DNA from: Octopus sinensis
Taxonomy: Eukaryota
Assembly (NCBI RefSeq): GCF_006345805.1
Contig: NC_043003.1
Location: 57,102,001-57,166,000 of the forward strand
Reading direction: 5' to 3'
Length of the DNA stretch: 64,000 nucleotides
The notes under the pieces were generated by a model. The model was not told where the DNA came from, searched no databases, and was given only the letters and a program-made list of their open reading frames with translations. Shown here one piece after another: positions 1 through 13,333 of the stretch; positions within the stretch are counted from its first letter, which is position 1; the number at the start of each line of letters is the position of its first letter. A program made the translations under genes and the position numbers.

Positions 1-504
1 CGTGCTTTCACTTCGCTAACGAGCGCAGCTCTGTGTGCCTCGGGTATGTGCTGTGGCTTGCTGTGATGCGCTTATGGTTACTGTATTGAAAGTGTTTTGC
101 GTAGGATGTGTGCAGTTCTCAGTAGTACAATTTTATGTATGTTATATATATTTGTAAGTCCTAGTGTTTTTGTCATGTATTTGTCTGAATATTTTTTATC
201 ATACCTAATGCGCCTACTGTGATAGGAATTGTTCCTCTCTTTAGATTCCACATTCGATTACCTCTATTTTCAGGTCTTTGTATTTTGAAAGTTTCTCCAT
301 TTCTTGTAGAGAAACGTTGTCATCTGCTGGTATTGACACATCAATTAGAAAGCATTTTTTACTTCATGATCTCTGACAACTATATCTGGCCTATTGGCCT
401 TAATTTCTCTATCTGTGTGTATTGGCATATCCCAGAGTATGGTTGCTTTCTCGTTTTCTGTGACCTTTTCTGGCGTGTGCCTATCTATCTATTTATCTAT
501 CAAT

Positions 505-526
505 TATCATTATTATTATTATTATT

Positions 527-594
<68 letters not shown>
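505..594. repeat. (TTA)n microsatellite
   Basis: Near-perfect TTA run immediately 5' of a SINE; it is the source of the poly-L/Y/I ORFs. Confidence 0.95.
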
Positions 595-595
<1 letters not shown>

Positions 596-801
596 GTCGA
601 GTAGGCAAAATCTTTTTTTGCCCGGCGAGCAAAATATTTAGTGGTATTTCGTCCGTCTTTATATTCTGAGTTCAAATTCTGCCGAGGTCACCTTTGCCTT
701 TCGGCTTTCTGGGGTCAACAAAAAAGTTAAGCGCTAGGGTCGATGTATTCGTCTTATCCCCTCTTCCTGAAACTACTAGCTTCGTGTCAAAATGTGAAAC
801 C
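595..801 (+). mobile_element. tRNA-derived SINE, family A (diverged copy)
   Basis: Contains B-box-like GAGTTCAAATTC, the ctttgcctttc core and a ...gtgtcaaaatgtgaaacc tail; homologous to many copies in the window. Confidence 0.8.
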
Positions 802-919
802 TTTATAATTATTACGCCGGAAATGCTTCGCTGCATTTTGTTCGTGTTCGTGTTCTGTGTTCAAAATTCCGCCCAGATTGGCTTTGTCTCTCATTGTTTC
901 GATAAAATGAGAACCCCAA

Positions 920-1132
920 GGCGACGAGCTATCAGTAATGTTAGCACGCCGAGCGAAATATTTAGCAGTATTTCGTCTGCCTTTACGTTCTGAGTTCAAA
1001 TTCCGCAGAGGTCGACTTTGCCATTCATCCTTTCGAGGTAGATAAATTAAGTACCAGCTGCGTACTGGGGTCGATCAAATCGACTGGCCTCCTCCCAAAA
1101 GGTTTCGGCCTTGTGTCAAGAGTAGAAAAAGA
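920..1132 (+). mobile_element. tRNA-derived SINE, family A (short-tail type)
   Basis: ggcgacgagct head, gttctgagttcaaattcc, gtcgactttgcc..ttcatcctttcg core and ggccttgtgtcaagagtagaaaaaga tail. Confidence 0.9.
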
Positions 1133-1380
1133 TAAAACTAGAACCCAGTAACCACTAGGTTCGATGTAATAGACCTGGTCCCTTCCTCAAAAGTTTTAGG
1201 TATTGGACCTTTAAAAGAGAGGATTTTCTTATCACCTCTGCCTTCGCTAAGGCGGAGGTATTGTTTTGAGAATGGTTTTGAGAACGGTCAGGTTCATTTT
1301 TAGTATTCTCGTTTTTGAGAGCAGTCCGGTTTATTTTAGATGTTCCCATTTTAAATATCATCTCTGGCTAATCGTTGAGA

Positions 1381-3134
1381 TCGCGTTGATATTGTCGTTA
1401 GTGCTTTGGTTGGGTTAGTGAGTTGGAGGTATGTACGCTCCATGCAGGTATCGTTGTTTTTTTACTGTTGTTTGTTGAATTGTTGGATAGTTGTTGCCTG
1501 AGATTGTTGAACTTGTTGTTGCCGTATTTTGGTTTTCTTCTCCATTCGTGAGTGGAGTTGTGAACGGTATAGAGGGTGCACCGGTGTAGGCGGGCAGTTA
1601 TGCTGCGATGGCTGGCGGAGGCATTGTCAGCGTAGGTGTAGCAGGCTGGAGGACTTGAATTGCAGGAGAGGAACTTTAAGAAGTGTAATGGTTTGTTGAG
1701 AGGAGAGGGAGGTGACCTGGGGTTGACGCCTCCCAGAGATGTGTAGGAAGGTACGGAGAGGGAAGCTGTTGTGTACGGAGCATTGGGTGTGCAGCGAAGA
1801 GGGTAGAGATGGTGGTGGTGGGGGAGGTCGAATAATGCCTGAGAGAGGTTAGGAACGTAGCGACGTACTGCACCAGAGGAGGGCAGTGCGGCACAGTGGA
1901 AGTGCGCTTCGTGAGTGAGATAGGAGCGAGAAAGAGCTCCACTGTACCTTTGAGATCAGCTCAGTGGGCACTGCTACCGACTTGCTGTGGAAAACGTGCG
2001 GCCGGAGTGGTAATGGGTGGAGTTCCCCCAGAAATTGATAAGGCGTGGCTTGTGGCAGCCATCCTCTTCAACACAGAGGAGGACAGTGGGATGTTGAAAA
2101 CATCAAGAACTTTGGAGGTGAACTGCTGGGGTATGGACTAGAGATGTTGGTCCATATAAGCTTGTCAGACCTCCACAAGATTGCGGAAGAACTGATACTG
2201 CCAGACGAAACAAGGTTGAGAATAGTGGTGGAAGGAAGACCGCCTGTATGTTTTCTATGTTGAGTGGGGAGGCACATAAAAGCTGAGTGTGCCCAGAAAC
2301 ACGAAGAGGAGGATACAGGGAAGGAATATCAGGAAGAAGAGGAGGAGAGAATGGAGGAGCAATATACAGTGGTAGAAAGAAAAAGCGTAATGTCTCGCCT
2401 CCAAAAGGTCCGAGGAGGAAAGGAGGGGCAAGTGGAGAGAAGAAGCAGAGTGAAAAGCAAGAGAACACGGATGAAAGGAGGAAAACGAAAAGACAACAAA
2501 AGTAAGTGAGGAACGAACGCAGAGATCATCAACTGGCAAAGAGGAAGGAGTACAGAAGAAAAAGGAAAATGAAAGAGAGATGATAGCAACACGGAGTGAG
2601 ACACAGACAGAGACAGAAATGCCAGTGCCAGAGGGGGGATTGGTGAGGAGAGAAAGAAAAACATAAGAACAATGATGCAATACCCTAGAGATGGAGAGGA
2701 GAATTGCCAAGGTGAAGAGTGTTATCAGAGTGAAATTGGCGTCCAAAGAGTATAACGAATGTTTTTCAATTGTTTTGTTGGAAAAAGAAAGAGGAAAGAA
2801 ATTGAAGGAGTTGTTTGGTGAAAGAATAGACATGACAGGAATACAAAATGGTTACGAAGAATTGCCGCCAGTGGTGGCCTTCGAAGAATTAATAGAGTTT
2901 ATGCTATAAAACAACAGATACAAGAACGACATGAACTGTTCATTAAAAAACAGTGTAAAATGGAACTACCTGCCCATGGGGTGAGGTAGGTAAACCATTC
3001 CTTTCTCATTTTCATTATATCCATAATTTATCCAATATGTTTCTATGTACCCGATATGTGTTTTTATGTGTTGTTTTGCTTGTTTTTGTTTTGTCTCTTC
3101 TCTATTGAGGCCTTGTGCCTAATTTAAGAAATAA
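1381..3134 (+). mobile_element. Non-autonomous non-LTR-like insert carrying only a decayed gag/ORF1-like frame
   Basis: More GC/purine-rich than the flanks. Has a frameshifted ORF1-like protein with a CCHC knuckle, then an E/K/R-rich region and a T-rich 3' UTR ending ggccttgtgcctaatttaagaaataa. No RT or endonuclease motifs seen. Confidence 0.6.
1896..2909 (+). pseudogene. Decayed gag/ORF1-like protein with CX2CX4HX4C zinc knuckle
   Basis: Joining ORFs 1896-2141, 2045-2263 and 2264-2509 gives ...GVPPEIDKAWLVAAIL...RLRIVVEGRPPVCFLC*VGRHIKAEC. Knuckle residues lie at 2249, 2258, 2273 and 2288, with an in-frame TGA at 2261-2263. Confidence 0.7.
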
Positions 3135-3367
3135 GGACGTTGGTGTTACCTTGGCGGAGGTTTGCGCTATCTGAGTGCTCTTGTTTTATTATTAGTATTA
3201 TTAAACACTGGGTATCAAGATATTAGTATGAAAATCACCAGCTTCAATCTGTAAACTTTGTTAATTGTGTGCAATATACCTCACTATTTAATATAGGAGT
3301 ACCGATTTTATAATTTTGTTTTCAAATTTTTAAAAAACATTTTTAATCTATATCGGAAATTTCATTT

Positions 3368-3785
<418 letters not shown>

Positions 3786-4576
3786 ACCAAATAAACTAAT
3801 ATAGACTTTATTTTCCATTTACCTATATATATGTAATATAGCAGACCTAATTATTTTCACGATTTGTATAAAAACTCCAGCGCTTGAAAAGTACACCTTT
3901 CTCTTAGACGTATATTACTTCAATATATGAAGACAACCAAAAACAAAACAAAAAAAACATCTTATTCATACTTCAAAAGCTAAATATTAAAAATTGTATC
4001 CACGCATCGAAAATCTTCTTTACCAGACTTTCATTATGATAGAAAAAAAAATTAAATAAATTTAAATAAAATCATAGAAAAGTATAATAAATTTGTTTAT
4101 TTAACTAACAGCTACCTTTTACTTTTTTGTTTGAAGTTTAAAATGTGTCTGACCTATGCGAATTCTTTTTTAAAAATATTTAATAACTTATACACCTTCA
4201 GATCTAATTGCCTTTATTTTATGTATACATCTAATAAAAGTAAGTTATTATAGCAGCGTGAAGCTCTCTGGGATTTGTTTGACCATAAATGTGTATGTCT
4301 ACCTATATTTGTTTTTGTTTTTGTTTTTTCTTCTTATTTTTTAATCACATCAGGTCAGCCCTAAATTGATCGATGCGATGAATGAAGACTTTCCAGCCTT
4401 GATCATCCCCGCTAAATTTCAGGTTTAAAGTTACTCCTACGCTTCTTAAGAAAAGTCAGGTTTGATATTAAAGTGAATAGGCAAGTTATTTATAAAAGTA
4501 CGAACTATGGTGTTGTGGCTCCCTCGCTGATTGGTCTCTACCTTTAGCTTTATATGTCTAATATTTGCTTATCAAA

Positions 4577-5316
4577 GGCGGAGAGCTGGCAGAATCATGA
4601 GCACGCCGGCCGAAGTGCTTAGCGATATTTCATCTGCCGCTACGTTCTGAGTTCAAATTCCGCCGAGGTCGACTTTGCCTTTCATCCTTTCGGGGTCGAT
4701 AAACAAAGCACCAGTTACGCACTGGGGTCGATATAATCGACTTAATCCGTTTGTCTGCCCTTGTTTGTCCTATCTGTGTTTAGCCCCTTGTGGGTAGTAA
4801 AGAAATAGGTATTTCGTCTGTCTTTACGTTCTGAGTTCAAATTCCGCCGAGTCGACTTTACCTTTCATCATTTCGGGGTTGATAAATTAAGTACCAGTTA
4901 CGCACTGGGGTCGTTGTAATTGACTTCATCCCTTTGTCTATCGTTGTTTGCTCCATCTATGTTTAGCCCTTTGTGGTCAAAATAGAAATAGGTATTACGT
5001 CTGTCTTTACGTTCTGAGTTCAAATTCCGCCGAGGTCGACTTTGCCTTTCATCCTTTCGGGGTCGATTAAATAAGTATCAATTACGCACTGGCGTCAATA
5101 TAATCGACTAAATCCGTTTGTCTGTCCTTGTTTGTCCTCTCTGTGTTTAAACCCTTGTGGGTAGTAAAGAAATAGGAATTTCGTCTGCCGTTACGTTCTG
5201 AGTTCAAATTACGCCAAGGTCGACTTTGCCCTTCATCCTTAATACCAGTTGCATACTGTGGTCGATCTAATCAACTGGCGCCAAAAGTTTCGTGCTTTAT
5301 GCCTAGAGTAGAAAAG
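4577..5316 (+). mobile_element. Tetrameric head-to-tail SINE family A with 17-bp target-site duplication
   Basis: One full head followed by units of ~183-185 bp restarting at 4808, 4991 and 5175. aatatttgcttatcaaa is present at 4560-4576 and 5317-5333. Confidence 0.9.
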
Positions 5317-5333
5317 AATATTTGCTTATCAAA

Positions 5334-5538
5334 GGCGCCGAGCTGGCAGAATTGTTATCAAGCCGGACAAAATGTTTAGTGGAATTTTCTTCGTCTTTAC
5401 ATTCTGAGTTCAAATTCTACCGAGGTCAATTTGCCTTTCATCCTTTCGTGGTCCATAAAATAAGTATGAATACTGGGATTCATATAATTCACAATGTCCC
5501 ACCCCTGAAATTATCATCTTGTACCAAAATTTGAAACT
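5334..5538 (+). mobile_element. SINE family A (older monomer)
   Basis: ggcgccgagctggcagaa head, B-box-like motif and gtaccaaaatttgaaac tail. Confidence 0.85.
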
Positions 5539-5705
5539 ATGGTTTGCTAATCAAAGTGGAACAGAGTTTATGCGTATTTCTCTACGTATATATGTATTAC
5601 GTATGCATGTATGTATGTCATTATTTTGTTTTATTTCAAGCTTTCTTGCCAATAGAGAAAAAGTCGGTTTCTAATCTAGCTGGAAGGCTCATCTGTGTAC
5701 GAAGT

Positions 5706-6117
5706 AGGCACAGGAGTGGCTGTGTGGTAAGTAGCTTGCTTACCAGCCACATGATTCCGAGTTCATTCCCTCTGCGTGGCACTTTGGGCAAGTGTCTTCT
5801 ACTGTTGCCACGGGTCGACCAAAGCCTTGTAAGCGGATTTGGTAGACGGAAACTGAAAGAAGCCTGTCGTATATATGTATATATATATGTATGTGTGTGT
5901 ATATGTTTGTTTATCTGTGTTTGTCCACCCAAACATCGCTTGACAACCGATGGTAGTGTGTTTACGTCCCCGTAACCTAGCGGTTCGGCAAAAGAGACTG
6001 ATAGAATAAGTACTAGGCTTACAAAGAATAAGGTCTTGGGTCGATTTGCTCGACTAATGGCGGTGCTCCAGCATGGCCGCAGTCAAATAACTGAGAGGAG
6101 TAAAAGAGAGTAAAAGA
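5706..6117 (+). mobile_element. tRNA/CORE-like SINE, family B (full length, internal microsatellite)
   Basis: tggctgtgtggtaag A-box-like head, ggcactttgggcaagtgtcttct CORE-like segment, internal (TA/TG)n and ggtgctccagcatggccgcagtc...taaaaga tail. Several homologous copies are in the window. Confidence 0.85.
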
Positions 6118-6650
6118 AGGCATTTTTGTATGTATATCTGTATGTATACGTGCAGATTCGTATTTTTTATATGTATATTTGTATGCATGTATCTATATAT
6201 GTATGTATATATGTATGTATGCATGTATGTATGTACACACGACTATTTGGTAAATAAGCATGAATATTTGAATTAGTTAAGCACATTTCCATTTGGCCAC
6301 AGATGCATCTAATTTGAAGCCAGTTGCATATTTTCTATGTATTCAGAAATACAAGTGAAGATCGGATATCAAAATGGACAACTAATGTAAAAACTAATGT
6401 ACATGCTACAATGCTTTCATCTCTAAAGAAGGCGAAAAATTAAAGATCGAAAAATTAAGCTCAAAATAATAATTGTTTCTAATTTGAGCACAAGATCAGC
6501 AATTATTGAGGAGAGGCGGCCAGTCGAAACTATCAACCGTAGTACCTCTACGGGTACTTTACCTGCCTCAGAGAGTTGAAAGGCAGACTTAGATCTGGTA
6601 TTTGAACGTAGAACGTAAAATCTATAATAATAATAATAATAATAATAATA

Positions 6651-6858
6651 AATTCTTTCTGCACTACACACAAGGCCAGAAATTTTGGTCAAAGGAAGAT
6701 AGTCAGTTACGTTGAAGCTACACCTCAAATGGTACTTGTTTTAACGACTCCGGAAGGATGAAAGGTAACGGCGATTTGGGTGGAATTTGAACTCAGAAAG
6801 GAAAGACGTACAAAATGCCACTGCAGCATTTTGTCCGGCGTACTGTTTCCTCATCGCC
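6651..6858 (-). mobile_element. SINE family A (diverged); a second degraded copy lies at ~6478-6620
   Basis: Reverse-strand ggaatttgaactcagaa and ggatgaaagg motifs; adjacent (TAA)n. Confidence 0.75.
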
Positions 6859-6939
6859 TTCCTAATTATAATACTGATAACTCTTAACCATTCATCTTTT
6901 AATATCCACACAATTCTTAGGTGCGGAGAATTCATTCAT

Positions 6940-6972
6940 TATTATCATTTTTTATTATTATTATTATTATTA

Positions 6973-7010
<38 letters not shown>

Positions 7011-7045
7011 TATTATTATTATTGTTATTGTTGTTGTTATTGTAA
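6940..7045. repeat. (TTA)n/(TTG)n microsatellite
   Basis: Direct inspection. Confidence 0.9.
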
Positions 7046-9072
7046 TGTTAAACTGTCTATGCACATATAAAATTTTGTCCTACTGTGTTTGTGTGTTTAC
7101 AAATATGTTAGTGCGTTTGCCGTTTGATTGCATCAGATCTATTTTCTTCCTTTTTTTTTTCACATATACTGAGATGAGTTTTATTATTTCAAATGTATGG
7201 AGTGTCGATATGTTTGTATTTCAATTCGTGTGTGATTACCTTAGTATATATGTTTTGTTTTTTTTATATTTGTGTATTTATTGTTTCATTTCAATTAACT
7301 TAGGAGTTCAGTTATTTTAATTTGCAAATTATTAAATTGTCAATGATAATAAAATTTTCATAAATGCTACCATTGTGTTAGCAGCATATTTCATGTGTTC
7401 TTTTAGTGGTGAATTTGTTTTTGCATTTATAAAGTCAAAACATATTTTAGAATATTGTGAAATGTATAAGCACATTGATGAGTGTGTGTTGGGGAAGTTC
7501 GCTTCACAACTACATAGTTTTTAAGTTCAATCTTAGTACACGGCACTTGTGGGAGACTTTATTTGACAGAAAAAGTACGTAATGTACTTTCATATGTGCG
7601 CGTCCGTGCGTGTCTATGCAACGCATCCAAGGTAATATTAAATCAAAATAGTCATGTATGTATCATCCTTAATGCATATACACCATTAATATACTAGGTA
7701 CTGTGGTATTCGTCCCTCTTATACACGTGCTGTGATGAAAACGCAACGAATATCGTTGGAAGACTAGAAATAGTCCCTAACAGCAACCAGTAAGAATGCT
7801 AAACGCATTTCGTCCTTTTGGTGTTCTTTTCACTAACTTATGCTTGCCGCAAGCGGAGTATAAACTGTGTATATACATGTATTATAGTATATAGATAGCT
7901 ACTTTATCTTACAATTGCTTCCATTGTGTATAACTGACTTTTATTCAATTGGGCAATTATTCGCAATGTCAGTGAATATTTCATTCACTGTTTCTAACAA
8001 CGGAGGCGAGGAATTCTCGTTTGGGCATGTGCATGGCTGCGAATAACCGTCATTGAAAAAACCCCAAAAGGATGAAATGTATTAACACAGTATATACAGA
8101 AATACGATACATAGCAAATTAAGTAGCTACTTCTAGCTTCGTGTTTATAAAAATGGCGTGGTGAGCGTTAAGTTTAATTCATCCATACCTTAAGGTGTAT
8201 ATATGTATGTATGCATGCATGCATGCATGTATATATATATATGTGTGTGTATGTGTGTGTGTATGTGTGTAATTATAATTAAAGGGTAGAAAAATTTCCT
8301 AGCCTATATGCTGAAAATAGACACTAAATCGTCTCATCTCTTTAGAAACCACAGCGTTACACACGTATCGAAATCAAGAGACAAGCTAACGAACGGTAAT
8401 TAATAAGAATATGGATAGCACTGGATTAGCTAAATTCTGGATTTACCCAATGGCATTTCCTTATCAGTGCTGGCTCTGCGAACATTTCGACATCTAACGC
8501 GTGACACACATGTGCACCTGTACAATCAATGTTAATTTCATGGAGGTAGAGAGATAATATACAGCACCTACATTCGGTTAACGAAAGACAACTTATTCGT
8601 GTATGTCGTTCAGCAAAAATATGAACAATTATACATCGACTTCGACAGGGGAGTAGGTTATATAAATGTGCGTGTGCGTGTGTGTGCGTGCTCATGTGTG
8701 TGTCCACGTGTCTCTGCTTGTATGCCATTGCTTAAAACTGATATAACGAATTTATATCCCATAACTTAGATGCGATTCATCAAAAAATTGAACTAGCTAA
8801 TGAGTACGGAATTTTAAATAATATGTAACGGTGTCGATTTGATTGAAAAAAATTCTTTCAAAGCAATGCCCTAGCTTGGCCGCAGTCTTTTAACTGGTAC
8901 AAGTAAAATAATAATTTGAATAGTATTTTGTTTTCTTTCAGTCATACAAATTAACGTATGTAAAGCTGCATAGTCTACAGTGTTATTTCAATTACACATT
9001 CTCCTTATCTGAAATTTATAACAATTCTTATATAATGTAATATATTGATACATTTTTATGTTGTACTACGCT

Positions 9073-9475
<403 letters not shown>

Positions 9476-10292
9476 TACAGAGTGAGTGAAGAGAAGGTGA
9501 GATACATAGCTAGACGAAGATATATTTAAATTAGCTTACGCCATAGAAATTTTAATTTTTTTTCTTTACGTATTGTTAATTTATTTATTTTCACTCTCAT
9601 GACCAAATTCGCTAAATGTACGTTACAATTTAGACCTCTTCGTATTCCGACTTTGCGCTGGAATATGAGTTAACTTTAAAATTAAAATATATGTTATGTT
9701 TTAAAATATTTAAAGCTTTTATTATAGAAAATTACTGAAAGTAGACTTGAGGTATATATGTATTTTTTATTACTAATCCATTTTGCTACATTTAAATTTC
9801 TTTTTAAATTTATATCTTACAAAATTTATCATAAAAATAGAATTTCTACAATTTCATTCGTCGCTCATTTACGTTTGTCTTGCAATATATTTTGCTTTTA
9901 TTTTCCTCATTTTTTCTTTCTTTCTTTCATTTTTTGCGTAAAGAATGGTAAATTTTATTTCCACAACATTTGTTGAAAATCTACATTTTTTGTTTAAATT
10001 ATCAGATTTTTTTATAGCTATATTTACATTGTCAATAATCCAGTATCCACTTTAGAGACATATTTGCTTTTGGTGTAATACTTTCTATTTTATTTGTTTA
10101 CTTATTGGTTTAATATACTTGTTATCATAATAGCTAAGAGGTTTAAGCTAGTTTTTTTTAAAGATATTATGAATCTGGCTTTTATTGGATTTTTAAGTGG
10201 TTCACGAATCAAATATATGCATATATAAACACACACAAACACACATATGCATACATACATGCAAAAACACACACATACATATAAATGAATAT

Positions 10293-10355
<63 letters not shown>

Positions 10356-12236
10356 CTTATATATAATATGCACACGCGCAAACTCACTATAATAAAGATA
10401 GCGTATTTAACGTTTATATTTGGAATATCGCGCTGTCTATTGTGATATTTCAGTTCATATTCTTGAATTAGCTTCCATGTATATTGTATGCAGGTATATA
10501 TATGCATATATATATATATATATATATATTTATGTATATGCATGTAAATGCATCTATATATGCATATATGCATGCATATTCATATATATATGTATATATA
10601 TTTAAATGTACATATATATGTATTTATGTGTATATATTTGTATTTTAGACTATATTATCGCATACGCTATAAATATGATGGACATGACAATGCGTTCTCA
10701 ATATGTTTATAAATTAGAGCATATCTGTTTTTGATGAGAACAGGAAAGAATAGAGTAGAGACATAAAGAGAGTATTTGAGAGAGAGAGAGTGAGAGAGAG
10801 AGAGAGAGAAAGATTGTAGGAGTGAACTGTGAAAATTAAAGAACGCGTATGATATAAAGGAACGCAGAAAGAAACAGATCTTGAGATAATTGCCACATCT
10901 TGACAGCATTCTAAGTGTTATTGAAGCAGTAGTATTTTGCTCCTGATTCTCGATATAACAAATTATAACCTGATATAACTAAACGTAACTAAACAACATG
11001 GACCTTGATGACATCTATTAATTCTTCTCAATCATTGTCTGGAAATCACCGAGTAGTTTCTTTACCAAAGCTGATGGACGACGTTCCGACTAATATACTC
11101 ATATGCCGTGACATCTGGAATCTGTTCGTCTTACTGAAGGTTACTTCTAATGACAGTGAATCAGCTGTCGTAGACTTAGTTGGGGTGGGGCTAAAAATCA
11201 ATATTTACCAGCCATCTTTACTTTGAGGATCTTCAGACGACAATACACAGTCATTGCGAAAGTGATGAATTAATCGGTTTTATGACGCAATCGTCTGATT
11301 TATCAACCTATTTTTATAAAATTTTCTTGAATGGATACAGACTTTTAGGATCTGCTGGCGTCATCTTGTGGCTTGGAAGTTAAGTACTACATTGGTACGC
11401 CATCTGTATTATTGTATTCATCTTCACATGATGAAATATTGTTTATTCAGTGTTTGATGATATTTGCATGTAGAAGTAAATCATATTGGTGTATGTATGT
11501 ATGTATGTATGTATGTATGTATGTATGTATGTATGTATGTATGTGTATGTGTGTGTACACGCGCATGTTTCTGTTAAACATTCAAGAATGTCACCTGTGA
11601 CAGACCGGCCTCCCTTTCAGGTGAGAAGTCTGTAAGCTAATGAATCCTGGAATCTGCCCCCTTATGATCCAAGCATGGCTTCAGAAGGAACAAACAACAA
11701 CAAAAAACATACAAGAATGTACAAACAAGATGATAAATTTGACCATATATCTCCAGAATCCAAAGATGTTAAGACTCGTGTATATAGTCTGGCATAGTGA
11801 TATTCAAGATATGGGAAATTCTAAGAAGGCTATCATAAAATAAACCAAACATTTTGAAATGAACTAAACTAAAGAACTTTCATTTTGTCTATACATCATA
11901 AGCCCTGAATGCACGCAACCAATGACTGTCAATACAGTTCATTCCAGGATCACCTGACCAGAATTAATCGATTGAGTATTACATAAGCAAGCTCTAAAAA
12001 CTACAACGACAGTCGCCTGAGGACTTGGAACGACAATCTTTTAGCATTGACTAAAACAAACTCAGCTTTGAATAAATAATATTATTTTGCTTTAGATAAT
12101 CGTATTAAGTATTTTTTTTCGCTTAATTGCAACTCACATAAGTGTAAATCTCTATTCCACTACATACAAACTACAAACATACGTACATATAGATAAGTAT
12201 GTATGTACACGTATAATATATATATATATTATATAT

Positions 12237-12267
<31 letters not shown>

Positions 12268-12274
12268 GTACACG

Positions 12275-12315
<41 letters not shown>

Positions 12316-12734
12316 TAATAAATAGATAGATACACATACATAGATACGTAGACATTTGTTTCCAAAACGTTCTCAGATTAAATACATACATACTTACATA
12401 TATATATATATAGTTATATTTGTATACATATTTGTATGTGACATTTAATTATAATTATTAAATTTATTGTTCTCAGGTCTATACGTTACGCTTTTGTGTT
12501 TTTTTTGGTTACTCGTTTTTTCTATTATTCTGAATATTATTTTATCAATTCCATACATTCTTAATTATTTCATAGCATATTCTATCGATTATATATCGTT
12601 TATATTATATTACATTATATTGTATTATACATTAAATATTTTATTACAGTAGGTATTATATATTTTATATTATACTCTTTACACACGCACAGCCACACAT
12701 ATACATATATGCATACACTATGTATATAAAAATA

Positions 12735-12910
12735 ATCGGTGTTGATGTGTTTACGTGCCTGCAACTTAGCGGTTCGGCCTACGAGACCGATAGAAAAGTA
12801 TTAGACTTAAGAAATATGTCCTGTGATCGAATTGTTCAACTAAGATTGCTTCGAGGTGGTGCTCTGACATGGCCGCAGTCTAATGTCTGAAATACATAAA
12901 AGAAAAGAAG
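12735..12910 (+). mobile_element. SINE family B 3' half
   Basis: gtgtttacgt..cttagcggttcggc..gagaccgatagaa..ggtgctctgacatggccgcagtc matches the family B tail. Confidence 0.8.
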
Positions 12911-12918
12911 AAAATTAA

Positions 12919-12968
<50 letters not shown>

Positions 12969-12987
12969 GTATATTTATATATACTTA

Positions 12988-13040
<53 letters not shown>

Positions 13041-13079
13041 AATATATATATATATATTATATATATATATATATATATA

Positions 13080-13127
<48 letters not shown>

Positions 13128-13129
<2 letters not shown>

Positions 13130-13333
13130 AACTTATAAAATAAGGGCAAGAGAAAAATTCTAATGCCAAATATGCCGAAAAAAAGTCAAAATTGTCAATG
13201 ACCATTATAATTTAAGCGCCTCGAAATTATAATTCGAGACGCATAAATTATAATGGTTATTGACAATTTTGTCTTTTTTTTTTCGGCATATTTGGCATTA
13301 GAATTTTTCTCTTGCCCTTATTTTATAAGTTAT
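13128..13333. repeat. ~206-bp near-perfect spacerless palindrome
   Basis: ataacttataaaataagggcaagag... is mirrored by ...ctcttgcccttattttataagttat, centred on self-complementary aattataatt (13225-13234). Confidence 0.95.

Larger units (their letters stand above)
1229..3185 (+). mobile_element. Helentron/DINE-1-like non-autonomous element (HINE) interrupted by a ~1.75 kb insert
   Basis: 5' end has acctctgcctt-cgct-aaggcggaggt hairpin (1234-1259). 3' end has the same ggcggaggt (3153-3161), then a small hairpin gcgct-atctg-agtgc (3164-3178) and tcttgtt into a T-rich flank. This subTIR + IR + 3' hairpin layout is that of DINE-1/HINE elements. Confidence 0.65.

Noticed and set aside
4623-5316. 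Regular ~184-bp repeats as a CRISPR array or hammerhead retrozyme
   Set aside because: The units are whole SINE bodies with no unique spacers, the context is eukaryotic, and I found no CUGANGA/GAAA core on either strand.
8447-8517. 71-nt AG/GT-bounded candidate exon on the minus strand
   Set aside because: The polypyrimidine tract is weak and the peptides are unrecognisable, so it is consistent with chance without RNA data.
11000-11480. Non-repetitive, coding-looking stretch
   Set aside because: It has frequent stops on the minus strand, only a 73-aa plus-strand ORF, and no recognisable motif or convincing splice sites.
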